From an uncultured Verrucomicrobiae bacterium (GTDB taxonomy: Bacteria > Verrucomicrobiota > Verrucomicrobiia > Limisphaerales > Palsa-1400), in the NCBI GenBank assembly GCA_963764165.1, contig CAVXRD010000004.1, positions 384,001 through 448,000 of the forward strand: a stretch of DNA of 64,000 bases. Reading direction: 5' to 3'. A model generated the notes under the pieces. The model was given only the letters and a program-made list of their open reading frames with translations, made no database searches and was not told where the DNA came from. Below, in pieces: positions 45,278 through 55,662 of this stretch (positions are counted from its first letter, which is position 1; every line of letters starts with the position of its first letter). Position numbers and translations under genes: made by a program.

Positions 45278-46480
45278 CTATTGCTGCGGCATCCCGGGAA
45301 TGGCGGGCTCGGCTGGCTTTTCCTCGGCGGCGCCTTCCTTTTTCTCGGTCTTTTCAACCATCAATTGGGCGCGGTCGCGGATGAATGGATCGATGAGCCA
45401 TGTGTTCACCAAATAAGTCCATTTGGAGAATGATTGCTCCTTTTTCAGACGGTCTTCGGCCGCCTTGTTTTTGTCCGCGAATTCCTTGTCCAATTTCGTC
45501 TTTTCCTCGGGCTTCTCGTCCTTCCCGGCTGCCCGCTCCTTCGGAATTTCAGCGGTGACGGAGACGTTCAGGTTGTAGTCATTCTCCGGCGTCTTGTTGC
45601 CGATTTTAAGTGTGTAAGTGAAATGGTCGAATGTCTGAATCGTCACCACCAGCGGTTTGTCGAGTCCGGTTTTCTCCGGCGCGGCGTCGGCTGCAACATC
45701 CACAAAGCTGGGCGCGCCGAGAGAACTCGAAAGCGACGCAACTTTGTTGGAATCGAAAGACTCGCCCGGTTTCAAATCGGCCAAAGTCCAAGAGGCGGAT
45801 TCGCTGGCTCGTGTCACTTTCCAAGAATTCGTCGCGTTGGTGGAAACGAAGGTGACTGTCTCCGGTTTTTCGACTTTGAAGAAATCCTTGTTCAGCCATT
45901 CCGCTGGCTTGGGATCGACTTTGTTCAACGGGTCGGAAATGGTAATCACGGAATTCGGATTGCTTGGCAGCATCACATAGCGTCCGTCCGCAAAACCCTC
46001 GTCGCCGAACGACATGGGCGAGCGGCGCTCGGTTTCCTGCGTGTGTTTTTTGCCGACCAGCAACGATTGCATGATTTTCCCCTGCGCATCCTTGAATTCC
46101 AGAAGAATAGCCGAATCCGCGCCTTTGCCTGGGTCAGCCAAATGCATGCGGGCCAGTTGCGAAGGCGCGATGGGATCGGACTGGATGACCTTCAGGTCGG
46201 CCATTTTTAGAGCGAGGTCTCTGATGTCATCCGTGTTGGCGGGATAGCCGCCACGCTGATCCACCACCCAGCCATTCGTCTTGTTCTCAATGGTCAGTTC
46301 CGTGTCTCCCTTGATGTGGATGGCGGCGACATCACTAATTTGGAAGTTCTTGAGCAATTTCTGGCCTATTTGCGCTTCGGATTGCGTCCATGTTTCGGTA
46401 TGGCGCTTAACCAAAACCAACCCGGCTCCCCCCACGATAACGAGGGCCAGCAGGAGAAGAATTAATTGTTTGCGATTCAT
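45278..46480 (-). CDS. DUF4340-like periplasmic protein of a Gld-like ABC system
   Basis: N-terminal TM; W......YPA, LLVGK, GRYV, two repeated halves; last gene of the ABC operon. Confidence 0.8.
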   Translation of the reverse strand: MNRKQLILLLLALVIVGGAGLVLVKRHTETWTQSEAQIGQKLLKNFQISDVAAIHIKGDTELTIENKTNGWVVDQRGGYPANTDDIRDLALKMADLKVIQSDPIAPSQLARMHLADPGKGADSAILLEFKDAQGKIMQSLLVGKKHTQETERRSPMSFGDEGFADGRYVMLPSNPNSVITISDPLNKVDPKPAEWLNKDFFKVEKPETVTFVSTNATNSWKVTRASESASWTLADLKPGESFDSNKVASLSSSLGAPSFVDVAADAAPEKTGLDKPLVVTIQTFDHFTYTLKIGNKTPENDYNLNVSVTAEIPKERAAGKDEKPEEKTKLDKEFADKNKAAEDRLKKEQSFSKWTYLVNTWLIDPFIRDRAQLMVEKTEKKEGAAEEKPAEPAIPGMPQQ

Positions 46481-48378
46481 TTTGCGGCAGTGCGGTTGCG
46501 TTTAAAAATGGCGAGCACGATGCCGGTGAGGGCCACCAGGATCGGCATCGTTGCGATATTGGCGACTTTGGTGTGAAATTCGAGGGCATCGGTTTCGCGG
46601 CGCAAATTCTTTTGCGTCTGGCGAAGATCCTTGTTGGCCTTGGCGACCGTCTCCTGATAATTGGCCAATTCCTTTTGCTGGTCCGGTGACAAGATGAATT
46701 TCGAGTCGCTGCCCTGTTTGGCGGACTGCAATTGGCTGATCTTTTGTTCCGTTTGCTGCTTCTGTTCTTCGATCGCCTTGACCTTTTGCTCCCACTCCTG
46801 GCTGGCTTTGGCCTCCATTTCTTTGACGCGGGTAAAGGGCCGGTTCAAGCTCGCCCGGCTGCGCAAGCTGATCAAATCGTTGTCGCCCGCGAGCAGTTCA
46901 ACAAAGCTCTGCATCAAGTTCAGGTTTCCATTCATGGGCGTAACAAAGCGCCGGCCAGCGAAACTCGAGACTTGCACGCAGGCTTGATCGGCGACGAAAT
47001 CGGTGTCTGCAATAAGGATGACGACCCCGTCGGTCTTGGATTCCTTGAGCGACGCTGAATTCGTGTCGGTCTTGGGCGCTTCCTTGTCGTCCTTGGCCGA
47101 TTTGGGCTCGCCATCGGGAAACGCCGTTTTGAATTTCCCTTCCAATCGCACCGCCATCGCGTATTCCGTGTTGGACGGCTTGAAATCCTTGACGATCTGC
47201 TCTCCGGAAATGCTCGAGGTCATGGCTTCCACCAACTCCGATTGCTTCGTCGAATGGATCAAGACGGTCTCTTTCAATCCGTTGGTCGGCGTTCCGATAA
47301 ATGCGCCAGCGAATGGCAGCACGAGATTGTCGATCTGGCTCATGACGATGTCATCGGTATTGACGCCCTCTTTCGTGACGAGGAGAACCGCTGGCATCGA
47401 GCCGCCGCCGTTGCGCGGGTTTCTGCCAGCGAAAGTCATGTCGACGACGACCTTGTTCATGTCCATGTCCAAGCCCCAAGCTTTGAACAACGTGGGGAGC
47501 GAGGATTGCCCGGAGCTTTCTCCCAGCACTTGCGCCATCTGATCGTGCTTCTGGTCGAAATAGGCGTGCGGATCAACCATGGCCAGCACTTTGCCGCCGC
47601 GAAGGATATATTGGTCGATGGCGTATTGCGCCGTTTCCGTGATGTCGCGTGGATGGTCAACAATAAGAACGGTGACATCGTCATCGATTTTGCTCGCGGT
47701 CATTGGAACTTCGCGCACCGTAAAATCCTGTTTTAATTCGGTGATGAACACCGCAGCCTCCGAGCCTTGCTGCCCCATGCGCTGCATCATCGGATTTGGT
47801 TCGCTGCCAAATACCGGAAGCGCGCTCATCACGCCCACGACCGGCGGCTTTGTGTTGATGACGCGGGCAATTGCGCGGGAGACGTCGTATTCCAGCATCC
47901 GCTCGCGATCCGGCCCCAGCCACGGGCACACGACCTTCTGGTCCAGCATTTTTACGAAAAGCCCGAGATAAACCTTGTCGCCGCCGAGCGGCGAGGTCAG
48001 TTGCCCTTCGACCCCGTCGAGCCGGGCTGAATCTTCCGCATCGGAATCCGGCTGCGGATCGAATTTTTGGAGAATGATTTTGCCGTGCGCGGCCTGCTTG
48101 TATTCATCGAGCAAATCCTCCACATGCTGCGCGTAAGTCTTCAAGGCCGGCGGCATCAAGTTGCCGCTTTGCGTGCAATAAAAACGGATTGTTATGGGCG
48201 ATTCGATCTTGGCAAGAATCCGCCGCGTCCCGGGTGAAAGGGTGAAAGCCTTTTCCTGCGTCAAATCGATCCGCTCCTTGGCCGCGCCGGTGACGACGTA
48301 AAAGGCCAGCAGGATGACGAACATGACGATCACGCCAACCGTCGAGTAAAAATACGTTTCAAGATTCTTATGCTTCAT
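46477..48378 (-). CDS. GldG-like ABC transporter auxiliary component
   Basis: RIDLTQEKAFTLSPGT, VEDLLDEY, EYDVSRAI, IDQYILRGGK, LISLRSR, coiled coil, C-terminal TM. Confidence 0.9.
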   Translation of the reverse strand: MKHKNLETYFYSTVGVIVMFVILLAFYVVTGAAKERIDLTQEKAFTLSPGTRRILAKIESPITIRFYCTQSGNLMPPALKTYAQHVEDLLDEYKQAAHGKIILQKFDPQPDSDAEDSARLDGVEGQLTSPLGGDKVYLGLFVKMLDQKVVCPWLGPDRERMLEYDVSRAIARVINTKPPVVGVMSALPVFGSEPNPMMQRMGQQGSEAAVFITELKQDFTVREVPMTASKIDDDVTVLIVDHPRDITETAQYAIDQYILRGGKVLAMVDPHAYFDQKHDQMAQVLGESSGQSSLPTLFKAWGLDMDMNKVVVDMTFAGRNPRNGGGSMPAVLLVTKEGVNTDDIVMSQIDNLVLPFAGAFIGTPTNGLKETVLIHSTKQSELVEAMTSSISGEQIVKDFKPSNTEYAMAVRLEGKFKTAFPDGEPKSAKDDKEAPKTDTNSASLKESKTDGVVILIADTDFVADQACVQVSSFAGRRFVTPMNGNLNLMQSFVELLAGDNDLISLRSRASLNRPFTRVKEMEAKASQEWEQKVKAIEEQKQQTEQKISQLQSAKQGSDSKFILSPDQQKELANYQETVAKANKDLRQTQKNLRRETDALEFHTKVANIATMPILVALTGIVLAIFKRNRTAAK

Positions 48379-48397
48379 GGCTTCTCAAAAATTCGGT

Positions 48398-49144
48398 TTA
48401 ACCAGCCCGATGACTGCGAATGATGACGCCGGTTGTAAACAAACAAAACCCGATCACGCAGAGGAAATAGACCACGTCCTGGGAATTCAGCACGCCCTTG
48501 GTGAAATACTCAAAATGCGTCAAAAAGCTGAACGCGGAAATCGTATTGACGACCCACGGCCAGTCCAATCGCGCGAACAGATCCGTCACCGGCGGGAATC
48601 CGCACAGCACCAGGATCAAGCAGGCGACCGCTGACAAAATGAAGCTCACCACCTGGTTGCGAGTCATCGCCGAGGTCATGCAACTGATGGCCAGATAGGC
48701 CCCGGCCATCAGAAAACTGCCGACATAACTGGCGAAGATCACGCCGTTGTCGGGCGAGCCGAGATAATTCACGGTAATGACCACCGGGAACGTCAGCACC
48801 AGCGCCAGCAACAGGAACATCCACGAGGCGAGAAATTTTCCGAGGATCGCCTGCCAGGCGGTGATGGGCATTGTCAACAATAGCTCCAGTGTGCCGACCC
48901 GGCGCTCCTCCGCCCACAAGCGCATTCCAACCGCAGGCACCAGGAACAAATACAGCCAGGGATGCCAGACGAAGAACGAATGTTCCAGCGAAGCCTGGCC
49001 GTTCTCAAAAAAGCGGCCAAGCATGAAGGTGAAAAACCCCATCAACAAAAGAAAAATGACGATGAAAACGTAGGCCACTGGCGACGCGAAATACGCAGCC
49101 AGTTCCCGTTTGGTCACGGCTTTGACGATGCTAAGTGAATTCAT
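48398..49144 (-). CDS. GldF-like ABC-2 permease
   Basis: KRELAAYFASPVAYVF, MRLWAEERRVGTLELLLTMP, S.MTRNQV. Confidence 0.93.
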   Translation of the reverse strand: MNSLSIVKAVTKRELAAYFASPVAYVFIVIFLLLMGFFTFMLGRFFENGQASLEHSFFVWHPWLYLFLVPAVGMRLWAEERRVGTLELLLTMPITAWQAILGKFLASWMFLLLALVLTFPVVITVNYLGSPDNGVIFASYVGSFLMAGAYLAISCMTSAMTRNQVVSFILSAVACLILVLCGFPPVTDLFARLDWPWVVNTISAFSFLTHFEYFTKGVLNSQDVVYFLCVIGFCLFTTGVIIRSHRAG

Positions 49145-50100
49145 TTTTTGTCTGCGTTGGCTGTTTCGGGCAAAGTGATGCTGCGGAAGACTTCGTCCAA
49201 CCGGCCTTCTTCGGTGTGAAGTTCCTCGATCTGCCAGCTGGTGGTGGCGGCACGAATACTGCGGGCAAGATCGCCGTTGACTCCGGCGCCTTTTGGATAC
49301 ACGCGGGCCAGCACTTTCCCCTGCTCCTCTTTGACGATGGCGGCGCGCCGGGCATCGGGAATGGCCCCGAGCCTCTCAGTCACTTGAGCGGCGGAAAGGC
49401 CACGCACGGCAACCAGCACCGTGCCCGCAATGTCCGACTTCTGCTTCAATTCCTGCGGCGTGCCGTTGGCCACGATTTGTCCTCGGTCAATGATAATGGC
49501 GCGGGAACAAACAGCCTCGACTTCCTCAAGAATGTGCGTTGAAAAAATAATCGCTTTGCGTTCGCCCATGCGGCGGATCAAACCCCGCACCTCATGCTTT
49601 TGATTCGGGTCCAGGCCGTCCGTCGGTTCGTCAAGAACAAGGACATCCGGGTCATGCAAAATCGACTGGGCGAAACAAGTGCGGTGGCGGTAACCCTTCG
49701 AGAGCGTGTCCACGCTCTGGTAACGAACGCCCTCGAGAAAGCACATTTCAATCGCGCGCCCGATGGCTCGTTTTTTGGAATCGCCGGAAAGCCCGCGCAA
49801 TTCCGCCACGAAACCAAGGAAGCCCTCCACCGTCATATCCGTGTAAGCGGGCGCATTTTCCGGCAGGTAGCCGATCAGCCGCTTGGCGGAAATGGGATTG
49901 TCAACGATGTCGAATCCTCCCACGGAAACGCGCCCTTCGGTCGGCGGGATATAGCCGGTGATCATGCGCATCGTGGTGGATTTTCCGGCGCCGTTGGGCC
50001 CAAGGAACCCGAGAACTTCGCCGCGTTCCACCGTGAAGGAAAGGTGGTTGACGGCCACTTTGGGGCCGAACGCCTTGCTTAAATTTTCAACTTTAATCAT
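49141..50100 (-). CDS. GldA-like ABC transporter ATP-binding protein
   Basis: GPNGAGKS, LSKGY, VLVLDEPTDGLDP, STH. Confidence 0.95.
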   Translation of the reverse strand: MIKVENLSKAFGPKVAVNHLSFTVERGEVLGFLGPNGAGKSTTMRMITGYIPPTEGRVSVGGFDIVDNPISAKRLIGYLPENAPAYTDMTVEGFLGFVAELRGLSGDSKKRAIGRAIEMCFLEGVRYQSVDTLSKGYRHRTCFAQSILHDPDVLVLDEPTDGLDPNQKHEVRGLIRRMGERKAIIFSTHILEEVEAVCSRAIIIDRGQIVANGTPQELKQKSDIAGTVLVAVRGLSAAQVTERLGAIPDARRAAIVKEEQGKVLARVYPKGAGVNGDLARSIRAATTSWQIEELHTEEGRLDEVFRSITLPETANADKK

Positions 50101-50271
50101 TCGTAAAAACTCCGCTCTGCGAGGAGACCGGGCTTGCGGTTATATAACACTGACTTATTCAACCGCAAGTTTGTTCAAAGGCAACTTTTTGCCTCTATGC
50201 TCGGTTAGACACAATCCAAAAAAAATGTTCAAAAAAAGTCTGAAGGCCAACCTTGGCAAAGCCCGGATCTA

Positions 50272-50357
50272 TCCCATTGGCAGCATAATTCCCATGATTC
50301 CCATTCCTCCCATGAAGATGGGACTGATGGCAATCACGGGAATTATGGGACGGCTCG
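50272..50357 (-). repeat. Dispersed 9-bp-period hairpin element, copy 2
   Basis: Minus strand begins cgagccgtcccataattc; TCCCATnnn units mirrored by ATGGGAnnn units. Confidence 0.7.
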
Positions 50358-50360
50358 CGA

Positions 50361-51548
50361 CTAAGCTGGTTTGGAGACCGTGGCTGGCGTCTGGAAAATC
50401 TCCTTGAAGGCGGCCATGAAGCGCCCCATTTCCTCTGCGTTCCCCACCGAGACGCGCATATAATCGTCCATCGGCGGGAACGGGCGCCCGACCAAAACAC
50501 CGCGATGGCGGAATTCCGGAATGACAGAGCGAATCGGGCGGCGGATGTGAACCATGAAGAAATTCGTTTCCGAAGGAAGGCATTCGTAGCCGAGCCCTGT
50601 CAATTCGGTTGTGGTTTTCTTGCGGAGTTCAAGCGTCATGGATTTCACCTTGGCCTGCGCCTCGGTGTCCTTGATGGCAGCGGCTCCGCCCCATTTGACG
50701 ATGGCATTTATGCTGGCAATCGAGCGCGGGGTCATCCGCTCGATAATCGGCGTGGGGGCAATGGCATATCCCAGCCGCATTCCCGCCAGTCCGACGATCT
50801 TTGAAAACGTCCGGGCAACTAATACCTGACGCCCTTCCTTCACATACGGAATGGAAGTCGCAAATTCCGGATCCTCCACATAATGGAAATAAGCTTCGTC
50901 AATCAAAACTGGCATGTCGGGAGGAATTCCATCGAGCAATTTCTTAATGTCCGTCTTTGAAACGATGCCGCCGGTCGGATTGTTCGGGTTGCAAATGTAA
51001 ACCAGCCCGATCTCGGCGCGCCGCTCGTTGACAGCGGCGATGATGCCCGGAATGTCCTGGCGAAAATCCGGCAGGAGCGGAATTTCGATCGCGTCCGATT
51101 TCACGCCGCGGGCAAATTCGTAGACCATGGAATAGGAAGGACGCGATCCAACCATCTTCTTCCCGCCTTCCAAAAATGTTTCCGCCGAAACATCCAGTAT
51201 TTCTGTCGAACCGGCTCCGAGCAACACATTCTCAGGGCTGACGCCGTGAGATTCCGCGATGGCTTCGACGAGGCCGCCATCTGGATTGCCATAGCGATTG
51301 GCAAATTTCAGCGCGCCTTTCATCGCTTCCATGACGGATTCCGGCGGGCCCCAGGGATTTTCGTTGAAGCAAAGTTTGGCCATCTTGTCGTACTCGGCGA
51401 TGGTCATGGCATGACCGCCAGCGCCCGCCTCAGCTTTGGGCAGCGCCATTAATTCAGACCCCGAACGCAGTCCAAAGTAAGTTGCCGCAAAGGCAAGCCC
51501 GCCCATGAATTTCCGGCGCGAAAAAGAAGATGTGGTTTTAGAGTTCAT
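50361..51548 (-). CDS. Tat-exported HisC-like PLP aminotransferase
   Basis: SRRKFMGG signal; NENPWG, NRY, GAGSTEI, CNPNNPTG, DEAY, RTFSKIVGLAGMRLGY; start moved to MNSKTT. Confidence 0.9.
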   Translation of the reverse strand: MNSKTTSSFSRRKFMGGLAFAATYFGLRSGSELMALPKAEAGAGGHAMTIAEYDKMAKLCFNENPWGPPESVMEAMKGALKFANRYGNPDGGLVEAIAESHGVSPENVLLGAGSTEILDVSAETFLEGGKKMVGSRPSYSMVYEFARGVKSDAIEIPLLPDFRQDIPGIIAAVNERRAEIGLVYICNPNNPTGGIVSKTDIKKLLDGIPPDMPVLIDEAYFHYVEDPEFATSIPYVKEGRQVLVARTFSKIVGLAGMRLGYAIAPTPIIERMTPRSIASINAIVKWGGAAAIKDTEAQAKVKSMTLELRKKTTTELTGLGYECLPSETNFFMVHIRRPIRSVIPEFRHRGVLVGRPFPPMDDYMRVSVGNAEEMGRFMAAFKEIFQTPATVSKPA

Positions 51549-51699
51549 AACTTTTTTTGGTAACCGACGACACAAGCACGCGGAGCAAAATAATGATTTC
51601 ACACGGCCATGACAAGGCCAAAAAAGACCACCCATGGACTGTGGGTGTGATTGGACGTGGATGAGGCGTAACTGAAATTGCCGCCGATTTCGCTTTGAA

Positions 51700-51885
51700 C
51701 GGAGTGCGGCTGTGTCGAAGACCAGCCGCAGCAACATTCAAATAACCGAAAGCGAATCTTGTTGCAGCCATCTCCGGAAAGCATGTCAAGACTTCGGAGC
51801 TGCGGCCAGCGAGCCGCGGCGCTCTTTCCAACGCGCCACTTGTTTCGAAGCGGCTGCGGCTGGTCTTCGACACAGCCGCACTCCG
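51700..51885. repeat. REPIN-like perfect 33-bp inverted repeat, same family as 22393-22503
   Basis: cggagtgcggctgtgtcgaagaccagccgcagc (51700-32) and its reverse complement (51853-85), 120-nt spacer. Confidence 0.9.
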
Positions 51886-51974
51886 GCGGCGATCGCACTT
51901 GCGCCTCACCCACTTCCAATCGCACCTATCCGCCACGGGGCTTTCCCCGACAAATCGGGCCGTGTATTAGGCAC

Positions 51975-52003
51975 TTGAAAATCCGCTTGCTGTCAGGTAC
52001 TTT
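51975..52003 (+). promoter_or_regulatory. Putative sigma70 promoter of the S53 peptidase gene
   Basis: TTGAAA, 17 nt, TACTTT. Confidence 0.5.
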
Positions 52004-52091
52004 TATGGCGGGAGATCAGGAGGGTCACCTGAGCCGCTGTTTGAATTGAAATCGAACCGCGAAGCCTGGAGGGTTTCCCAAGCAACACATT

Positions 52092-55000
52092 ATGGGTTTT
52101 AATTTGCAATCGCGGAGCGGCGTCTGCCGGTCGCTCGGTCGTTTCAAGATTCTCGCCGCGATCGTGTTCTTGTTTTCATTTTATTGGGCGCCCTCGGCGC
52201 AGGCGGAGCTGCAGATTCTTCGTGGCCACGTCCCGAAGCTTGTCGCTTCGGGCCTCAAATCGGTGGGGAGTCTTGATCCTACGAAGCGAATCGAGGTGTT
52301 GATCGGGCTGCCTTTAAGAAACGGCGGCGCGCTGACGAACCTGCTGGCCAGCCTCTATGATCCGTCGAGCGACTCATTCCATAAATTCCTGACTCCCGAG
52401 GAATTCTCGGAAAAATTCAGCCCCACTCCCAGCGATTACGATGCCGTGATTGCTTTCGCGAAAACAAGCGGTCTCACTGTGGCCGAGACTTTTGGAAATC
52501 GGACGCTCCTGCGTGTCAAAGGCACTGCCGCCGACATGGAACGCGTTTTTCACGTGAATCTGCGGCAGTACCCCCACCCCACCGAAAAACGGAATTTCTT
52601 TGCCCCTGATGCAGAGCCATCGGTCGATCTTGATGTCCCGCTGTCCGCGATCACCGGCTTGGATAATTTCGTCATCCCCCACCCGCAAAGTCTTCACCCA
52701 GCCAGGCACGACCCGGCGGTTCCCCTGGGCGGGTCGGCGCCTTCGGGCAACTATTGGGGCAATGATTTTCGCGCGGCTTACGTCCCGGGGACCTCTCTCA
52801 CGGGCGCGGGGCAAAAAATTGGCCTCTTCGAACTGGATGGCTACTACGCCAGTGACATCACAAGTTACGAATCCCATATAACCAGCATTCCCAGCGTGCC
52901 CCTGTCAAACATTTATGTTGACGGTTCAACCGGCAGTGTGGGCGCGGACACCGTCGAAGTTTCCCTGGATATTGAAGTCGCCATCGCGATGGCCCCCGGA
53001 CTTGCGGGCGTCATCGTCTACGAAGGGCCTAACGAGGACAATATTACCGCGCCCAATTCGGTGTTAAACTGCATGGCCACCAACAATGCAGCGAAGCAAC
53101 TAAGCTGTTCGTGGGGATTCAGCATCAACAATTCGACCGTCGCGGCTTTCCAGCAATTTGCCGCGCAGGGCCAGTCGTTTTTTCTTGCTTCGGGCGACAG
53201 CGGATCGTTCACAGGCGCGGCGCAACCGCCATCCGACGATCCTTATATAACGGTTGTCGGCGGCACCACTTTGACGACCAGCGGGCCGGCGGGATCGTGG
53301 GTTTCGGAAAAGGTTTGGAATTGGTACAACAGCGGCACCGGCACCAACGGCAGCACGGGAGGCATCAGCACGACTTACGGGATTCCTTCATGGCAAGCCC
53401 CCGTCAGCATGGCCTCCAACGGCGGATCGGCTACCATGCGAAATATTCCAGACGTCGCGCTCACGGCCGATAACATCTGGGTGATTGAAAACAACGGCAA
53501 AACGGAAGAAGTCGGCGGGACGAGCTGCGCCGCTCCGCTTTGGGCGGGGTTTACCGCCCTGGCGAATCAGCAGGCGGCGGCAAACCTGCGCTCGCCCGTG
53601 GGATTTCTGAACCCCGCCATTTACTCGCTCGGATTGGGCACAAATTACCCTGCGACATTTCACGATATCACGGTTGGCAACAATACAAACGCCGCGGTTC
53701 CGAATAAATTTTTCGCCACCGAGGGATACGATCTTTGCACTGGCTGGGGAACTCCCAAAGGCACTAATTTGATCAATGCGCTCGCCCCGGCCGCAACGGT
53801 TCCCATTATTACAGGCACGGCGGCGCTCCTCTCGGAAAGCTGCACTCCAACCAATGGCGCCATCGATCCAGGTGAAACGGTCACCATCAATCTGGTTTTG
53901 TCAAACAGTTCACCGGTCGCGACGAGCAATCTGGTGGCCACCTTGCAGCCCAGCGAAAACGTGATCGAGCCGTCGGGCACCGCAGCCGTTGGCGCCCTGG
54001 GGCTGGCGGCGGCAAGCCAGGCGTTCCCATTTACGTTCACCGCCGGCGGGACGTGCGGCCAGCCAATCTCACTGGTGTGGCAGCTTCAGGATGGCGCGGC
54101 CAATTTGGGTCTGATCACGAACACATTCAACCTCGGCTTGCTGATTGGCAGTGCCACGCTTTCGCAAAATTTCGATGCGGTTGCCGCCCCTGCCCTTCCC
54201 ACCGGATGGTCATCGACCGTTGTTTCCCAGCAAACGCCATGGGTGACGGTTTCCGGCGCCTACGATACGACGCCGAACTCGGCTTTCGCCAACGACCTGA
54301 CTACGCCAGGGATTTCCTACCTGTATTCTCCCGTAGTCCCGGTGGCTTCAACGAATGCGCAATTAACGTTCCGCCAAAATTTCAATACTGAATATGGCGC
54401 GGCGGTCGTTAATAACCAGGTGGTCTACGATTATTACGACGGAGGCGACCTTCAAATTTCCATCGGCGGGGGCAGTTTTAGGGACATTATCAGCGCCGGC
54501 GGAATGTTTGTCTCAGGCGGTTATACCTCGTCCCTTTATGTCGGCTCGGGCAACCCTATGGGAGGCAGCAATGTGTGGAGCGGAAACTCGGGCGGCTGGA
54601 TCACAACGACTTTGTATCTTCCACCCTCCGCCACCGGGCAAAACGTGCAGTTCCGCTGGGCTTTTGCCACCGACGAGGGAAATTCCATCAGCGTGACCGG
54701 CTGGTACATTGATTCTGTTGCCCTAGCCGACGAATCGTATTCGTGCTGCGGAGACACCGCAAAACTCGCCATCAGCCAATCGTCCAGCCCGCTGCCATTC
54801 ACCGCTGGGCTGACCGGCACTTATGCTATTACAGTGACAAACGCAGGGCCCGATTTGGCCGCGGATGTGGTTATCACAGACACTCTGCCTTCTAACGTAA
54901 CATTCGTCTCGGCCACCGACGGCGGATACTACACGAACGGAATAGTGACATGGCCCGTCGGCGCCCTTTTGAGCGGCACCGCAGCGTCCGTCAGCGTCTC

Positions 55001-55595
55001 CGTTTTGCCGGGAAGCGCGGGCGTCCTAACCAATACCGCTTCCGCCTCGACAGTCACTCCCACGACGTCTGCCATTGCGCCGGTGCAAGAATTCACAACG
55101 GTTGAAATCGCGCTAAGCATCAATTTGCAACCGACCAACGCCGAGACTCTCGCCGGTGGGACAGTGGCATTCCAAGTCGGCGCTGCCGGAAGCTCCCCCC
55201 TGACCTATCAATGGTATTTCGACGCGACAAATCTCATAGACGGTGCCACCAGCGCGCAATTGACGCTAACCAACATCCAGCCTTCCCAAGCCGGAATGTA
55301 TTCAGTGGTTGTCAGCAGCGGAACAAGTTCGCTTGACAGCGCAACCGCATCGCTCAAAGTCCTCACCGCGCCAACGATTCCGCCGGGTGGTCTTAGGGTG
55401 GCGGGCGGCATCGTTTCGCTGCAGGTCAACAGCTACGTTGGCCTGACTTACATGCTGGCATACAAGAATTTCCTAACCGATCCCGCATGGACTCCCATTC
55501 CTTCCTCCGTTGCCGATGGAACAGGAGGAGTTATCACGTTGCAGGATCTGAGTGGAACTAAGAGCCAGCGATTTTATCAAATCGTGGCGTATTAA
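52092..55595 (+). CDS. Secreted S53 (sedolisin/kumamolisin) peptidase with prodomain, DUF11-like and Ig-like domains
   Basis: Prodomain LYDPSS..FHKFLTPEEF; EVSLDIE, ASGDSG, RNIPDV, GGTSCAAP, GYDLCTGWGTP; TVTNAGPD..VITDTLP; QP....G.V.F.V.A.G..PLTYQWY. Confidence 0.93.
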   Translation: MGFNLQSRSGVCRSLGRFKILAAIVFLFSFYWAPSAQAELQILRGHVPKLVASGLKSVGSLDPTKRIEVLIGLPLRNGGALTNLLASLYDPSSDSFHKFLTPEEFSEKFSPTPSDYDAVIAFAKTSGLTVAETFGNRTLLRVKGTAADMERVFHVNLRQYPHPTEKRNFFAPDAEPSVDLDVPLSAITGLDNFVIPHPQSLHPARHDPAVPLGGSAPSGNYWGNDFRAAYVPGTSLTGAGQKIGLFELDGYYASDITSYESHITSIPSVPLSNIYVDGSTGSVGADTVEVSLDIEVAIAMAPGLAGVIVYEGPNEDNITAPNSVLNCMATNNAAKQLSCSWGFSINNSTVAAFQQFAAQGQSFFLASGDSGSFTGAAQPPSDDPYITVVGGTTLTTSGPAGSWVSEKVWNWYNSGTGTNGSTGGISTTYGIPSWQAPVSMASNGGSATMRNIPDVALTADNIWVIENNGKTEEVGGTSCAAPLWAGFTALANQQAAANLRSPVGFLNPAIYSLGLGTNYPATFHDITVGNNTNAAVPNKFFATEGYDLCTGWGTPKGTNLINALAPAATVPIITGTAALLSESCTPTNGAIDPGETVTINLVLSNSSPVATSNLVATLQPSENVIEPSGTAAVGALGLAAASQAFPFTFTAGGTCGQPISLVWQLQDGAANLGLITNTFNLGLLIGSATLSQNFDAVAAPALPTGWSSTVVSQQTPWVTVSGAYDTTPNSAFANDLTTPGISYLYSPVVPVASTNAQLTFRQNFNTEYGAAVVNNQVVYDYYDGGDLQISIGGGSFRDIISAGGMFVSGGYTSSLYVGSGNPMGGSNVWSGNSGGWITTTLYLPPSATGQNVQFRWAFATDEGNSISVTGWYIDSVALADESYSCCGDTAKLAISQSSSPLPFTAGLTGTYAITVTNAGPDLAADVVITDTLPSNVTFVSATDGGYYTNGIVTWPVGALLSGTAASVSVSVLPGSAGVLTNTASASTVTPTTSAIAPVQEFTTVEIALSINLQPTNAETLAGGTVAFQVGAAGSSPLTYQWYFDATNLIDGATSAQLTLTNIQPSQAGMYSVVVSSGTSSLDSATASLKVLTAPTIPPGGLRVAGGIVSLQVNSYVGLTYMLAYKNFLTDPAWTPIPSSVADGTGGVITLQDLSGTKSQRFYQIVAY

Positions 55596-55662
55596 CCCAC
55601 TCTCGGCAGGGCGGGACTCTCGTGGCCAAGGCAGACGCATCTTGATTTGGATTGCGGAAGAT

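Noticed and set aside
45278..50100. Gliding motility function for the Gld-like ABC operon
   Set aside because: This ABC type is widespread in non-gliding bacteria and no other gliding genes are in the window
51549..51936. Short ORFs and the 63-aa aminotransferase extension containing LRLVFDTAALR
   Set aside because: These are translations of the REPIN-like repeat; the same peptide appears at 22359-22547
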